A DNA stretch of 64,000 nt from Raillietiella orientalis (Eukaryota). A program made the position numbers and the translations under genes. The first letter of the stretch is position 1, and every line of letters begins with the position of its first letter. The notes below the pieces were generated by a model. The model did no database searches and was not told where the DNA came from. It saw only the letters and a list, made by a program, of their open reading frames with translations. The stretch spans positions 2,294,001 through 2,358,000 of the forward strand of contig JAYWIR010000013.1 of assembly GCA_036172245.1 (NCBI GenBank), written 5' to 3'. Of the stretch, positions 51,887 to 64,000 are shown piece by piece.

Positions 51887-54800
51887 TGAATGCGATGTTG
51901 AAAAATTCTACTGCTTCATAATCTGCTTTTGGTTCACAGACCTACTGCTTACAAAACGGAGCAAAATAACGCGTAATGAACCGAAGTGTACAATACCAGT
52001 AGCACATCCCGATTTCCGTTTCACCGCCGGTCATTTTGCAGCAGTTTAAATGAATTTTCCGTGTTTCAAAATCGTGGTGACAGAATGCGGATGCTATGCA
52101 CCTAGTCCATTGTACTTGGCAACACCGTACTGTACGTTCCCTCTATACACCTCTCGGCGTCGATGAAGTGACCAGCATAGCTGACACAAAGTACTTGGAT
52201 GGCACGGGAGGGCCTACTCTTGGGTGCTGATGACAGAAGTTTCCCTTAACGGCGACAGAGGAAAGGACCTGATGAGGGTGTCGTAGTAGCGGAAATGCCA
52301 TCCCTGTTGTTCGGGACATATCCTCAGAGAGGTGTCTTTTTCTCAAAAAGGAACGAAGGAGTGCGCGTGTATAAAGACATGGATAGACGCCTGCGTTTGT
52401 TTCTTCTACTGTGATGAACGTTTGCTTTGAAGACAATAGCAAGAGTTACGTGGCTACTTGACCCTTCCCCAAATTGAGAAATTCAACACCCCCATTTGGC
52501 TGCTCGATGATATTTTGTTCCATACTTTTGAACTACTCATGAGAGATGATGAGTTCCACGAACTGATTGATTTCTTTGGTTGTTGAGCTCAACACAAGGG
52601 GAATTCTTCATCTTCGTAACAATATTGAATTACGTAGTAATATTATGAATATTAAATTTTTGTCAATGAAGCTACAGGTTTCTCGATCGTTGAACTATTG
52701 TCTCAAGGGAAAGCCAAATTATTCACTCTGTCTGATTTCTACTTTGTTAGGGATCTTCTTAGTAACTGTATCTGTTTGTAGAGTATTCCTACAGAGAAAA
52801 AAAAAAAAAAAAAAAAAACTCCTTCCCACTGAAAATTAAAGGCAGGTTCCTTGGCTTCCGGCGAGAGGAGAGGCCGCGACAAATCTTGCAGGCAATCTGT
52901 GAGCAGAATGGTTTGCGTACGAGTTCCCCTGCAGCCCTCGCTGGCGCAGAACTCTTCTGGGCCTTTGGATAAGATCAAAGTGACGCAGATCTCGGTAGAG
53001 GCTGCAAGTTAATGCACGATGGAGTCCTGTAGGTGATGTGGGGAAGGGTTCATCCGTGCGATGCGTGGTTCATTCGATCTCAATTCTCCCGAGGCGTTTG
53101 AGGGAGGCATCAGTTTAATTTTCCAATTTGAATTTACAAGCTTTCGATTTCGTAAGTTGCCGTCTAATATGCAGGAAAACAATGGATTTTTTTTTTTGTT
53201 CTTTTAGCAGCCTTTGATACTGAGAAAGAGAAATATTCTACAGTCTAATTCACCTCGTTTGATTAAAGTTGTTCACTTGAGGAAATCCAAGCGAAATGCG
53301 CACACAAGTTATTTCTTTTCTCGAATTCAATTCTTCCAAACTGAAGATTAAAAAAGGACGCATGTAAGGGATTCTGTAGTTTCTGACGTCTCACTAATAA
53401 AGGATCAAACGCTTTGTAAAAATGAACTTTTCACGAGAACTGTCGTTCGCTGGAGTCTGTTCTCAACAACTTGATTAAATAATCATAAAAAAAAATGAAC
53501 TATAGAGAGAGTGGATCAGCAACTGGATACATTTATTATACCCTGACCTGAAATCGGATTTTCAGCTAGTGTTTCAATAAGAGCAGGTGTTTCTGTATGT
53601 ATGTACTGCAGTGGCATGTGCTGCGTAGTCTTCTTTCGAATACCAGAGTACTATATACTGTACTGTATTGAATTTCTATCGAAGAACACGAGGAAAATAA
53701 AGACAAATGGCAATATTATATGTGAAGAAAGCAACTGAAGGGGTTTTGATTTTTCTAGCTGGAAGTTACCAAAAGGTCTTGCACTATTCGGACTAATCAC
53801 TTTTGAAAACCCGCTTCTATTGTAGCCATTCGTACAGTACAGTCATTCAGAAACTCTTGCAGGGCTTTTGGGATCTAAAACTCTCTGCAACTCTTAAGAC
53901 ATAAAGGAAGCTGAGTAAGTACGTGAGCGTAGTATCTCCATCCTCTAAGCATCGCTAAGTCTAAATCTCTAAGACTCATTCGAAGAGATGTTTGTGAAAT
54001 CTTTACAAAGTGGTTCGGTTGATTTATAGGGAACGATCTTCAGAGTGTAACCAACATATATGTGAACCTGACGATTTGTTTCTAGTGTGCGTACAGATCT
54101 CTTGTTCACGTTCGGTGAAGACCAAAATGATGATATTTACAAGGAAAGAAATGCGCTATCACGAAGCATTCCTGATGACCGTGCAAGCGGCTTTGTTCGG
54201 CAGCTCAAGTACAACTATTTCAGAAAACTTTATGACGAGTCTCAAAGGTACGAGCAAGGATGCCTTCATAGAATAGCACAGCTACTCTGCACATTTGGTC
54301 CACACCAGGAAAAGTGGTAGAAATGGGTAAAAGCAGTAGTCGAGAACAAGGCGAGAATGTCTCGCATGCAAAGTGAAGATTTTTGATGGATAGCTTTGCT
54401 GCCAACTCGCTGTGACCAACCACTAGGAAACATCTTAAAAAATATTTTTCTCCATATTTCAAATAATTCATTTTTTTCTGTGCTAGATAGATGTGTGGGA
54501 TGAGGAGATGGATTCCAGCAATCTCGTGAATCTGTCACAAAGTAAGAGCAAATATCAATAATTATGTATTTCGTCGAGCAGGAATGGCACAGAGATTTGC
54601 AAATGCTTAGAAGAACCTGCTTTCCAGATTCTTCTGCAAGCGGTTTGCTCTGATACACGTATACCTGCAAATTCAGTTCTATTTCCTGCAAGCAGAAACC
54701 TTTTACCTTCCAGTGGATTCAGCTGAAATCCATGTTTTTCCGATGCTGGCAACAGAAGCCCCCCTTGAACGTTTGAAAAAACAAAAACAAAAAATCGTTA

Positions 54801-57800
54801 GTGTTTCTGTTGGCACAAACAAAATGCTTCGTAACTGAAACAGCAATCACATCCTTCTTCTATCATCTGTGCTTCTGAAGACTCCAGAAGGAGCACACAG
54901 CCGAGTCGAACCAACCTGGCAATGCTTCCTTGGAATGCATTTTATCAGCGAAAGGCATTGAGATGGTTTTCACAGAGTGAGAGGCCTACCAGCACCAAAT
55001 TAACCAAATCAGCATAATACGTAGAAGTGATAAAACGTATCCAGTCATCCAATGAGCACTGACGAAAACAGTGATCGGGTCTGGAGTCTGGTATTTGTGT
55101 TTGAGGGAGACTGTCCATTTCGCGACCTTTTTCTCGTTCCAACTGCTCCATGTCCTGATCATGACTGGCATTTTTCTAGTCGAAAGGAAAGAAAACTCTT
55201 CGCAGCAGAGCTAAAAGACTGCAGATAGGTCCCTCTTGCAGGCAGTCCGCGATTACGTGCTCTAACTGAGCAGCAGCATTAGATCAGAAGGGAGCTGTAT
55301 GCTCTTCTTCAAAAGGTGATCATAGGCTCTCGTTGTGAATTTGAATGCGTGAGGTGGATCGGTCGCCCCATAAGCTTTGTATGCAAGGACCTGGAATATT
55401 CGAGCAGCCCAACTTATGGGAACGAGAAGGGTTTGTAAAGGGACCTTGGAAGGATGGTCTCTCCGATTTCTTACTGGAGCAAGATAGGCTTTTGAGTCTG
55501 GTTACCGGCGGCGAGTAGGTGCTAACATATCTTCCAACGTCACCTATTCGCTGCCTACTCCTCTGATAACCTATTTTCAAGGCTCTCCATCTAAACGAGA
55601 GTACTATAAGTGTAACGAAGATCGGCATACAGTTGAGGGTCAATGGGATGAGGCGCCAAGAAGGTTTGACCTAATTTGCAACGAAAAACTAATCAACTTA
55701 GCATCCGGTAACATGTTGAGAAGCCAAGCTCGCTGATGAAGACCTAACTTGTAAACTGTGGAGAGGCATGCCTTCCTTTTTCAGTGATAAGGGATGAGGA
55801 ACAAGCAGAACTTTTCTCAGGCTTCTTCGTAAAGCCATAGCTTGTTGGCTGCACGGTGAACGCTAAAGAGGAAGCGCTTGGCAGTCGGTAAAGGTTTCTG
55901 GCAAAATCGGTTTCACGGCCGTCTCCCCTAAACCGCAGTCAGGTTCCACGCAGCGTGCCGCATGTGCGAAGCAAATAAAATGGTACATTCCAAACCATTC
56001 AATACCAACCACTCCGTACTCCTCCCTGGTACTTTTGTGAGATGGGAAATTGTGAGGAAAGATGATCACAAAACCTTCATCAAAGGAATCCTTGCTTATT
56101 AATCATCTTGCAGAGTTCTCCAATCCGCTCGAGGAAGAGAGAGTTGCTTGGCATTTTCTTGGGCCTCCGAAGAGCCATAACGTTCTCAAGATGACCTCCT
56201 TGGACTTGAAAGGATCGTTTGTTCTCCATGAGGCCCACCCAGAGGTTCTTTTGCGAGCCGTTGGTTGGTAACCTACATTTGCCTGTTTGGGGATATTTCC
56301 TTTTTCATGCAGAGCCTTTCTTGGCAAGCCCTTCCACTTTTTCAGGACCAGCTAGTTGCCCCATCCCAGCAAGGTAGGCTTCTGTGGGGTTAGATTCAGG
56401 CAGCTAATAAAGGATCGTACTTAGTGATGGAATTTGAAAGTTTCCCCTCTTCCCTTAGAAAACTTGCGCAGGAACTCTTGAACAAATACCATGGCTTCGA
56501 ATCGCTGAGTGTCAGTTCCCTAAGGTTTCTGCTCCCTTTTCCTGTTTTTGTGAAAAATTGGGTTGCTTGCCAGCCAAAAGAAAACGGTTTCAGTATTCTC
56601 TTGATCCTTTTCTGCCTGCCTAACTTCTCCCAAATTAGGAGCCAATTGAGCAGAAATAATTCGGGCTGTGCCGGGACGGAGGCTGTCGCATGACACTCTC
56701 GGTAAAAACCGACTTGGGCAGGGGCAGAGCACCCTGTCGTATTTCTTGTTGAACTTCCGGATGTTTTTATGCTCGACAACAGAGGGGATGCCACAAGCTT
56801 AGGGAGGTAGTCTTGCGGTGGCAGCACCAGTCCTCGTTTCCCGAGTCCGGAGAAAAGGTTTTCTGTCCTTCGTCGTATGGCAACTCTCGCCTCTTTTCCC
56901 TCCCACAGATCTGGATACAGTTCGGACTGATTCCCTGCCAGCATCCGACCGTCTGTTCCCACGATAGACAGTTCAGCCCGACTAGGAGAAAATCCAGGCA
57001 GCATTCCTGAAAATCTCCATGGAAACATTCCTTCCAGTAACTGTTTGAAGGTCCAGGATGGGGACTCGTTTGTTGGATACACGATTATCCACTTCCGCGG
57101 AAGCGATTGCAGCAAAAACGGACTACCCAAGAGATGGCGATGCGAGACAGTTAAGCGAAAGTGGAGTGCCGTGTGGAGCCAGACTTAAGCCTCTTGTTGG
57201 GGTCATGGAAACGTCCTTTTCAGAGATGCAGTGAGTTCCACCTATGAAGCCTGTGCAGGCGATTACCACACTGATGATGCTTTCCGTTTGGTACTTTTAT
57301 CGTGGAGCGGAATGGTCCTGAGCAGGGAAAGTAGACGAAAGCAGAGAACGAATGCAAATCACAGGAACACAATATGCCAAGATGGAGAAGAGGAACATAA
57401 AATGTATTCCCTTATGAAAGTCCTTCTGAGTGGTCATCGCCTTCCCGGATCACGGAGCATCACCTCCTCCCCGTTATGCGAGAAAAAGGAAAATTAGAAA
57501 AAGAACTGTTGACAAGTCCTGGATCACACCGGTGATCAGGACTTGGTGCCTTCCAAACCACTTTCCACTCTAGTCCGTCCAAAGCAAAAAAACAAACAGA
57601 AAAACCTGTCCCAGTGCCTCTCCCCCCAATGGCCTCAGTGACCTTTTTTCCTTCAAATGAAAGAATATCAGAAATTCTTTTTCTACCTGTCGAAGTTCCA
57701 GCCTGAAGACTGAAAATCTCCAGCACATTCCACTTTGCTCTCCTGGGCAACGACTGAGTTCCTCCACCCACCCCGGGTTTGGATGTGCCATCAGGGTGCC

Positions 57801-60800
57801 AATCTGCACTGCATTTATGGACCGCACGCTTGGGACGACTGGAATCAAGGCGTTCCCATCCCCTGAGCAGTGCTCCTGCAACACATCCGAAGGTCTGGAA
57901 TGCTTTGCCAGCAGCGTTTCGAGGGGGCATACGTCTCAGGGTTGTAGTCACGTGATGCGTGCGTTTCCAGCTGCCAGGTGGCGAGCGGGATTCCGAGCCG
58001 CAACGGATATGCAACAATCAATCCGTGTCAGCGAGCGGGCGAGTCGCGTGAAGTGCACCCCGCCCCGTCGATAGGAGGCAGAGCAGGCACTTCCGGGATT
58101 GGGAGCATACCAGACATCTTCCGAGACATGCGTTCCACCTCCCTCCTCCACTCCTCCGCATCAGCGCTCCGGAGTTCTGAGCACATGAAAGATGAAGGGT
58201 AGCTGGCCCTCTCTCCAGCTGCCCCGACGAGTACGTCGGAACCCGAAAACCAACCCCTGCTTTTCCGGCGCTTTTTCGGGTCAGGCCAGCTGGTTTCAGC
58301 TGGAGTGCACTTCGGCATACGAGGGTGCATTTAGGACTCTTTACTTCCCGATCCAACGCTAAGCTCACCTTATCTCCAGAAGCCGCCCGCTCGCTCCGAC
58401 TCTTCTCTCGTGAGCAGATGAAGATCTCCTGAGGAAAGTCTACCTCCAGCATCCCACATCAACTAGTATTCTTCCTTTCCAGGCATGACTCAGGGGAGAT
58501 CCTGAAGGGGAGGATTAATCTGGACATGGAAATGGTTCTGAATTGAAAAAAAATGTGGGAGGAGGCGGAAGCACTGCCGTCTCTCTCTCTCCCTCTTTCT
58601 TTTTTATTTAAAAAGAGCAAGATGACGGTGACACAATCCTCGGGGTTTCGTTTCTGCGTCACTGGAAAAGCACCCGGAAGTGAGAAGTGAAGCTGGTGGA
58701 GATTCACGGGAGGAACAGACGCTTGCTCGTGTCCACATGTATTCGAGACTCATTTCGCTTTCGCTAGAGCACCTGTGGGGAGAGAGATTTGCCATTCGCC
58801 CTCTATTGCCTCTTGGAGAGTCCTGCTCCGGGTGTCCCGATGACGAGGAAACGGAAAACGAAGGGACACTGGTGGGAAAGGTGGATAGGGTAGGGTGGAG
58901 AAGGGTTCATAACCTCCACGACTTTTCCCTTTTCTCTTCCGGATGTTCCTTCAGTTTCTTTTCTTTTTTCTACTGGAGAAAAGAGGAAGCTTGGGAAATC
59001 CAGGAAGCGAAAGAGGAATGCTGCGGGTCATCCGGGGACAACTCCATTCCTGGTTCCGCAACGCTTCTGGTTGGCGTGGTCAAATCCCAGAATGTCGATG
59101 TTTCCCGTTTAAACTCATGGCTCCGAGTCCAGCCACTCCTGCGTCGTAGGCTGCAATGGGCTTTCATATTCCCAGAAAAACCAAGACGGGAACCTTTTTC
59201 CTAGCAACTCTTGAGTGACAAGCATCTGGAAAGCCCCGGGCGCTTTTCTGTGCTCGCCTGCTAGATTTTGCTAGATCGTTCTCAATCTCATCCATCGCGG
59301 ATTGGGAGGCTCAGGAAAATGTCTTCTCCATCAAAGAAAAATGAAGACATCTTTCCTCTCTCCTCTGATGCCTCTCCTTCTGTCTACTCTACTCCTTGGC
59401 CGAGGAGGATGGATGGATACACGATGACTATGACGACGGAGACAAGAAAAAGGCAACCGCCAGCATCCATTTCCTCACAAATCCATTTGCAGCCTCCCGT
59501 TCTCTGCTGTTTTTCAGGCTTTCCTTGGTATTCGAATGATCTTCGTGCGTGCGCCTGCCTATCGAAGGTTCGCTTTCACGCTTTTCGTTGCGAGGGAGCG
59601 CGTCATCCTCTTTTCTCCCTTCCTGTGTAGTTTCCGCACATCCCAGTGCGCCGGGAGGAAGTCGGTCGAAGAAAGGCGCTTCGCTCCTGCACCGTGAAGA
59701 GAAGAAATCGGCAACGCATCTCGCATTCTCGTGAAGCAATGAGTGCAGCTATGCTTCTCCGGAAGAAAAACGGAGGAGTTAATTGGTCCCGACACTTCGC
59801 TCCCGAGCCGCGGCCTCGCTCCGCTTCGCTCCTGTTTCCACTCCCCGAATTTTGTTAGGAGGAAAGGCTGCGCATAGGGCTATGCTACTCTGCGGCGGGC
59901 TTACCTTTCGAGAAACCCTGCATCTTCTCCTTGCCGCTGGCTTCGGTGAATTTACAGGGTGAGGGATTCGCTGGGTTCCTTCCTTCCCACCCCCTTTATT
60001 CCGCGCGTTTCGGCGCGGGGAGACGCGCTTTCCCACCACAAACGTCAGGAGTGGACACTGGACGCTCTCGCCGGAGGAAACGCAATGCGTGCGTGATCGC
60101 AATGGCGGCTGGGCGGCGGCGGAAGCGGGGGCTCAACAATCGGCTAGGCCCGAATGAGACGGCGCGAAACAAAGGCGAAGAAGCGCGAAAAGCCAAAAAG
60201 CGAGGTTGAAAAGGAAAAAAGCCAGAAAAAGGAGAAAAAAACGAAGAACGAAGAGAACGAAAATGCATTCAATTAGCAAGCATGTATCACAAGTTTTCGC
60301 TAAAGAATGCTGTGCAATTAATTGAATGGAGCTGCATCCACCTCCAGAAGGCTGCTTAGTATTTCCTTTCGGTTAAAGTGAATTACCGCCAGGGAACACT
60401 GTGTTCTGTCCAGCGGGTAATCCTTACTCGTGGACTTCACGGATGGAGGAGTCCTGAAGGCTTTCCCGTTTCGGAGGAAAGCAGCCGTGGCGTTCGAACC
60501 TAACCTAACCCGCAGCTTCGAAGCACTTAAGGAAAAGTCGGTATGCGACAATTTTTTAGCTTCACTCTTTCACAGCGAAGGGATTTTCGAATTTTGCTGG
60601 GGGTCTCCCTACAAAATTCGGAAATCCAATCGGCATTCGTGCTGGAGGAGACGCGTTAGAGAACGCCGGTCGGGATATTTCAGGGAGGAGCACGGTGTTT
60701 TTTTCCGGGCAAGACATACGGATCTGCATAGATGGGAAACCTTTTGAGAGGATGCATCTGAATAAATGAGGAGCGTCCATGCGGAGCAAGGAGAAACGTC

Positions 60801-63800
60801 CCGCAGCACGGCCTGATGTTTCCTTCGAGGTACTCGGAAGCAGGGTTTCGACTCTTCACTCAAAAAGGAGCGTCGCTGCTCGTGAGTGTTCGGGAGCAGA
60901 CCGGGATTCCACGACCAGGGATCACGATCCACGGGAATTTTTGCTTCTTCCGCCGACCGGCGGGGGAGATGGCAGCGGAGAACGAAAGGATGAAGCTTCA
61001 GGATAGGTGAGGATGAAGCCGAAGAAGCGCTTACTCTCTCTTTTTGTGTGTGTGAGGGGGGGGGGGGACTTTCTCTGCACCCGTTCGCGTTCTTTCCTTT
61101 TCTCCTTGCGGAATGGGATGGACGGAAGAATGTCCTCCTCATGACGCCGAAAAATTTCCGCTTAGCATGGCTGCCGGCCATAAACCTTCCTCGCTGTCAC
61201 CGTAACTGCTGGGCAGCTGAACGGAATGCTGACCATAAACATGCCGAAAATAACTCCCCGCGTTGTGACGTCTGCTGCAAATCAAAGCCAACCAGATCTG
61301 TCCGCTCCGCCGGTTCTTCCCAGCCTCCTCGCTTCCGGGAGACGGATCCTGGACGCGGGAGGATGCCGCGTCCCCTGCGTGCTGGGCCTTCTTCGTCGGA
61401 GCGAGTCCCGCCGCTCGCGTTCCCGCCGGGCTGCGGAGCGGAGGGCCTCCAGCCAATCGCGGGCGCGGAGAACTGCGATCCCGCTCCCTCCGCAGCCGCG
61501 GAAGCGGGGAGGAATTCGAGGGATCCGGAGACGGGTGCGGGCGGGCGGAACGGGGACGGTGCGTCCCCTCCTCCCCATTCTGCTGCTTCCACGGAGAAAA
61601 TCCGGGAGACGCCGGGCCGTTCTGGATGCATCCCTGCCCGTGTAAGGGAGGGGTGGGGGGAAGAAGCAACTTCCCCCACGTGGGTCGGGAGATGCGCCGC
61701 GGTTTCGAAGGGGTCGAAGCGGCGCACAGCAGGGGGACCGATCCGGAAGGGCGCGCCGATCCGCCTTCTTTGTCTCCCGAGCGGGTGGCGCCCGCCGAGA
61801 TGGCGTCCAGGTCACCCGCGGGACCGCCAGCAGCTGCTCACGTCTGGTCCCAGAACGACTGGCAGGGGGTCTCGAGGGACAGCACAGGGCAGGGTGGAGT
61901 CCTTCTCGCTCCCTCGGGGGCAGACGCGATACCCCGCGCCCTCACTGGTCTCTTCCGCGCCTCGGGGCGCTGCCGCCAGGAGCGACACCTGCGGAACGGC
62001 CCGTCTCCGAGACGGAGGGCGCGTCCTGGAAGTTTTGTCCCGGGGCAAAACAAGGGAAGAGGACGCCTGACGCCCATGCGAAGGAAAGGGCCTGTAAGGA
62101 GACACGGTCCCTCTCCTTGCCCTCTCTGCACGACAGCAAGGGGAGGAAGGCGTCTTTCGGGCCCGCGCCGAGGGTAGCCGCTGGCGCGTCCGTCTGTCAG
62201 GGGAGGGGTGGCAAGCGCCACGGTCTCCTTCCCGCCTCCTTCTCGAGGCACCCCCCGGGAGAATCCCGGGGGCGTCTCGAGAAGGGAAGCTTAGGGAATC
62301 TCCCTGGCACTCTCCGGGTTTCGGACTGGCGACGTTTCCGGCGTCCAGGAAGGCTTTGGCGGTGATGACGAGGAGGAGCCATAGCGAGGGGAAGGAAGAG
62401 CTCTCTTGCCCGGGCGGATTTTACATTACAGCACCAGAGCGGCGCTGCTTCCGCGGACCGGCCTGGTTCCACTATGGAAAACCTGCTGCATGGAAGAGGG
62501 CAAGGCGCTGCCAGGGAAGGGGTCCGCGCTCCGGAGGGTGCTGGGCCAGGAGTCCTCGGCCCAGCACCTCCGGAGACCTTGGCCGGTCCCTCTTGCTTGA
62601 GTACAGCGCGGATGGCCCCGCACCAGCGATCTTTCCGCGGAGGACTCAACCGGATGCAGGGGAGGGGACGGCAAATAGGGGAGCAGGGGGAACGCCCGAG
62701 ACATTTCCTCGCATGCGCGCGTTGTCCCCTTCTCCGCTCCCCTCTTCCTCCCCCTCCCGCGCGCCCCCGCCGACGCTGCGCACGCGTCTCCCGCGCTGGG
62801 AAACCGAAGGGGAGGGAGAAGGGGGAGGGGGAGGGGAGAAAGGCGCTCGCACGCGAGATGGCCCCGCCCCTACGGCAAACCAGATCAATCGATTCGTCGC
62901 GGGGTCGCTGCTGGGCGAGCCTGAGGGGGAAACAGGTCTCCCCGGGGTCACCGTTGGGCGCATCCGGTGCGTGCGTGCGCTCAGCTTCCGTTGGGTGGGG
63001 TTGGGCAGGAAAGGGCGGTGGCGGCCGGCAGGGTTGCTTTCTCTCCCCTCCATTCTCCACTGCCACAAACATCTCTAGTGCGCGTGGGCTGAGCTGCCGC
63101 CTCTTGGGGTATGGCAGGGCACGATTCGCAGGCAGAGAGGGAAGAGGAAGACTGTACGAGGGAGATGGGGGGACTCCTGGTGACCTGCCACTGCACCGAG
63201 AGAAAGCAGCACGTCGGCCTCTGCTCCCGCCAGGCGGGGAACTCCCCCAAGGGGAACGGCGGCGCGAGGCGCCCGACCCCCCCCCCTTCCAGCATCAGGT
63301 GTCGCTAGGGGCCCATCTGACGGCAGGTCGGGCACTCCCAGGCATATCTTTCGCACGTTCTTCCACCTCCCCAAAGGAGGGGGGGGGGGAGAGATCTCTG
63401 CAGCCTCCCAAGAGGAGGGACGCCCTCATGGCGGGGGTGACAGCTGAGTCGCCGACTTGGGACGGACCGGACGGCCTCGGCCACCCCAGAGCATCGCGGC
63501 AGCCGGAAGGCGCTTGCCCTTACTGGCAGACACGGGCGACCCGCACCAGTCCCTCCCCCGGGAATGTGCAGCCGGCCGGGCTGCACCCTACCCACGCAGG
63601 GCGAGGTCGAGCAAGGAGGTCCCCGGATGGCGGCGGGCGGTTTCGCCTTCAATGGCGCTGCGAGGCGCCTCCACAGCCTCCGCGCGGTCCGGAACGGGGA
63701 GGAGGAAGAGCGGAGAGGAAAGGCAGCATCCCCCTGCCGAGGAACTTTCGGGTCACCTAGAGGGGTGGACAACCCCGCATGCCCGGCTGCTCCTCGCTCG

Positions 63801-64000
63801 CCGGAGGGCGCATGTGCAGCTCCCCGGCCGTCGACTCCTCCAGCCTCCGTCGCCGCCACTGCTAGCGCGCGCGCGAGATGCAAAGCGGCGCCGCATACGC
63901 GCAGCCTCGCCGCTCTCGTCGTCAGGGAGTGTGGCGACCCGAGACCCGAAAGGCGGCGCAGAACTTCATCCGGACCAGGAGCAGCTCAGAGAAGCAGCCA

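Noticed and set aside
60497..60510. (TTAGG)n telomere-like repeat
   Set aside because: Only two to three units; not an array.
60600..64000. ORFs of 291-428 aa at the right end
   Set aside because: Same GC-driven stop scarcity on both strands; no recognisable domain.

Overview
Animal genomic DNA, probably a compact-intron invertebrate or arthropod (inference); not prokaryotic. I assembled six spliced housekeeping genes by hand with consistent exon phases: MTMR3/4-type myotubularin (-), NUF2 (-), MVB12 (+), PRDX6 (+), a SCaMC/SLC25A23-25-type mitochondrial carrier (-) and a miniature synergin-gamma (-). There is also a frameshifted histone H2B orphon. Most introns are only 37-59 nt. The genes sit in AT-rich, CpG-poor blocks that alternate sharply with GC/CpG-rich blocks, whose many overlapping ORFs I could not assign to any family. 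Main findings: (1) two inverted duplications bracket exactly the two + strand genes, a possible inversion scar; (2) several sequence-unrelated, near-perfect hairpins of about 43-51 nt; (3) a carrier apparently lacking EF-hands and a 303-aa synergin-gamma; (4) a candidate 18-nt microexon and an in-frame GC-AG intron. No tRNA, rRNA, CRISPR array or intact transposon was recognised. All assignments come from motif recall, with no database search.
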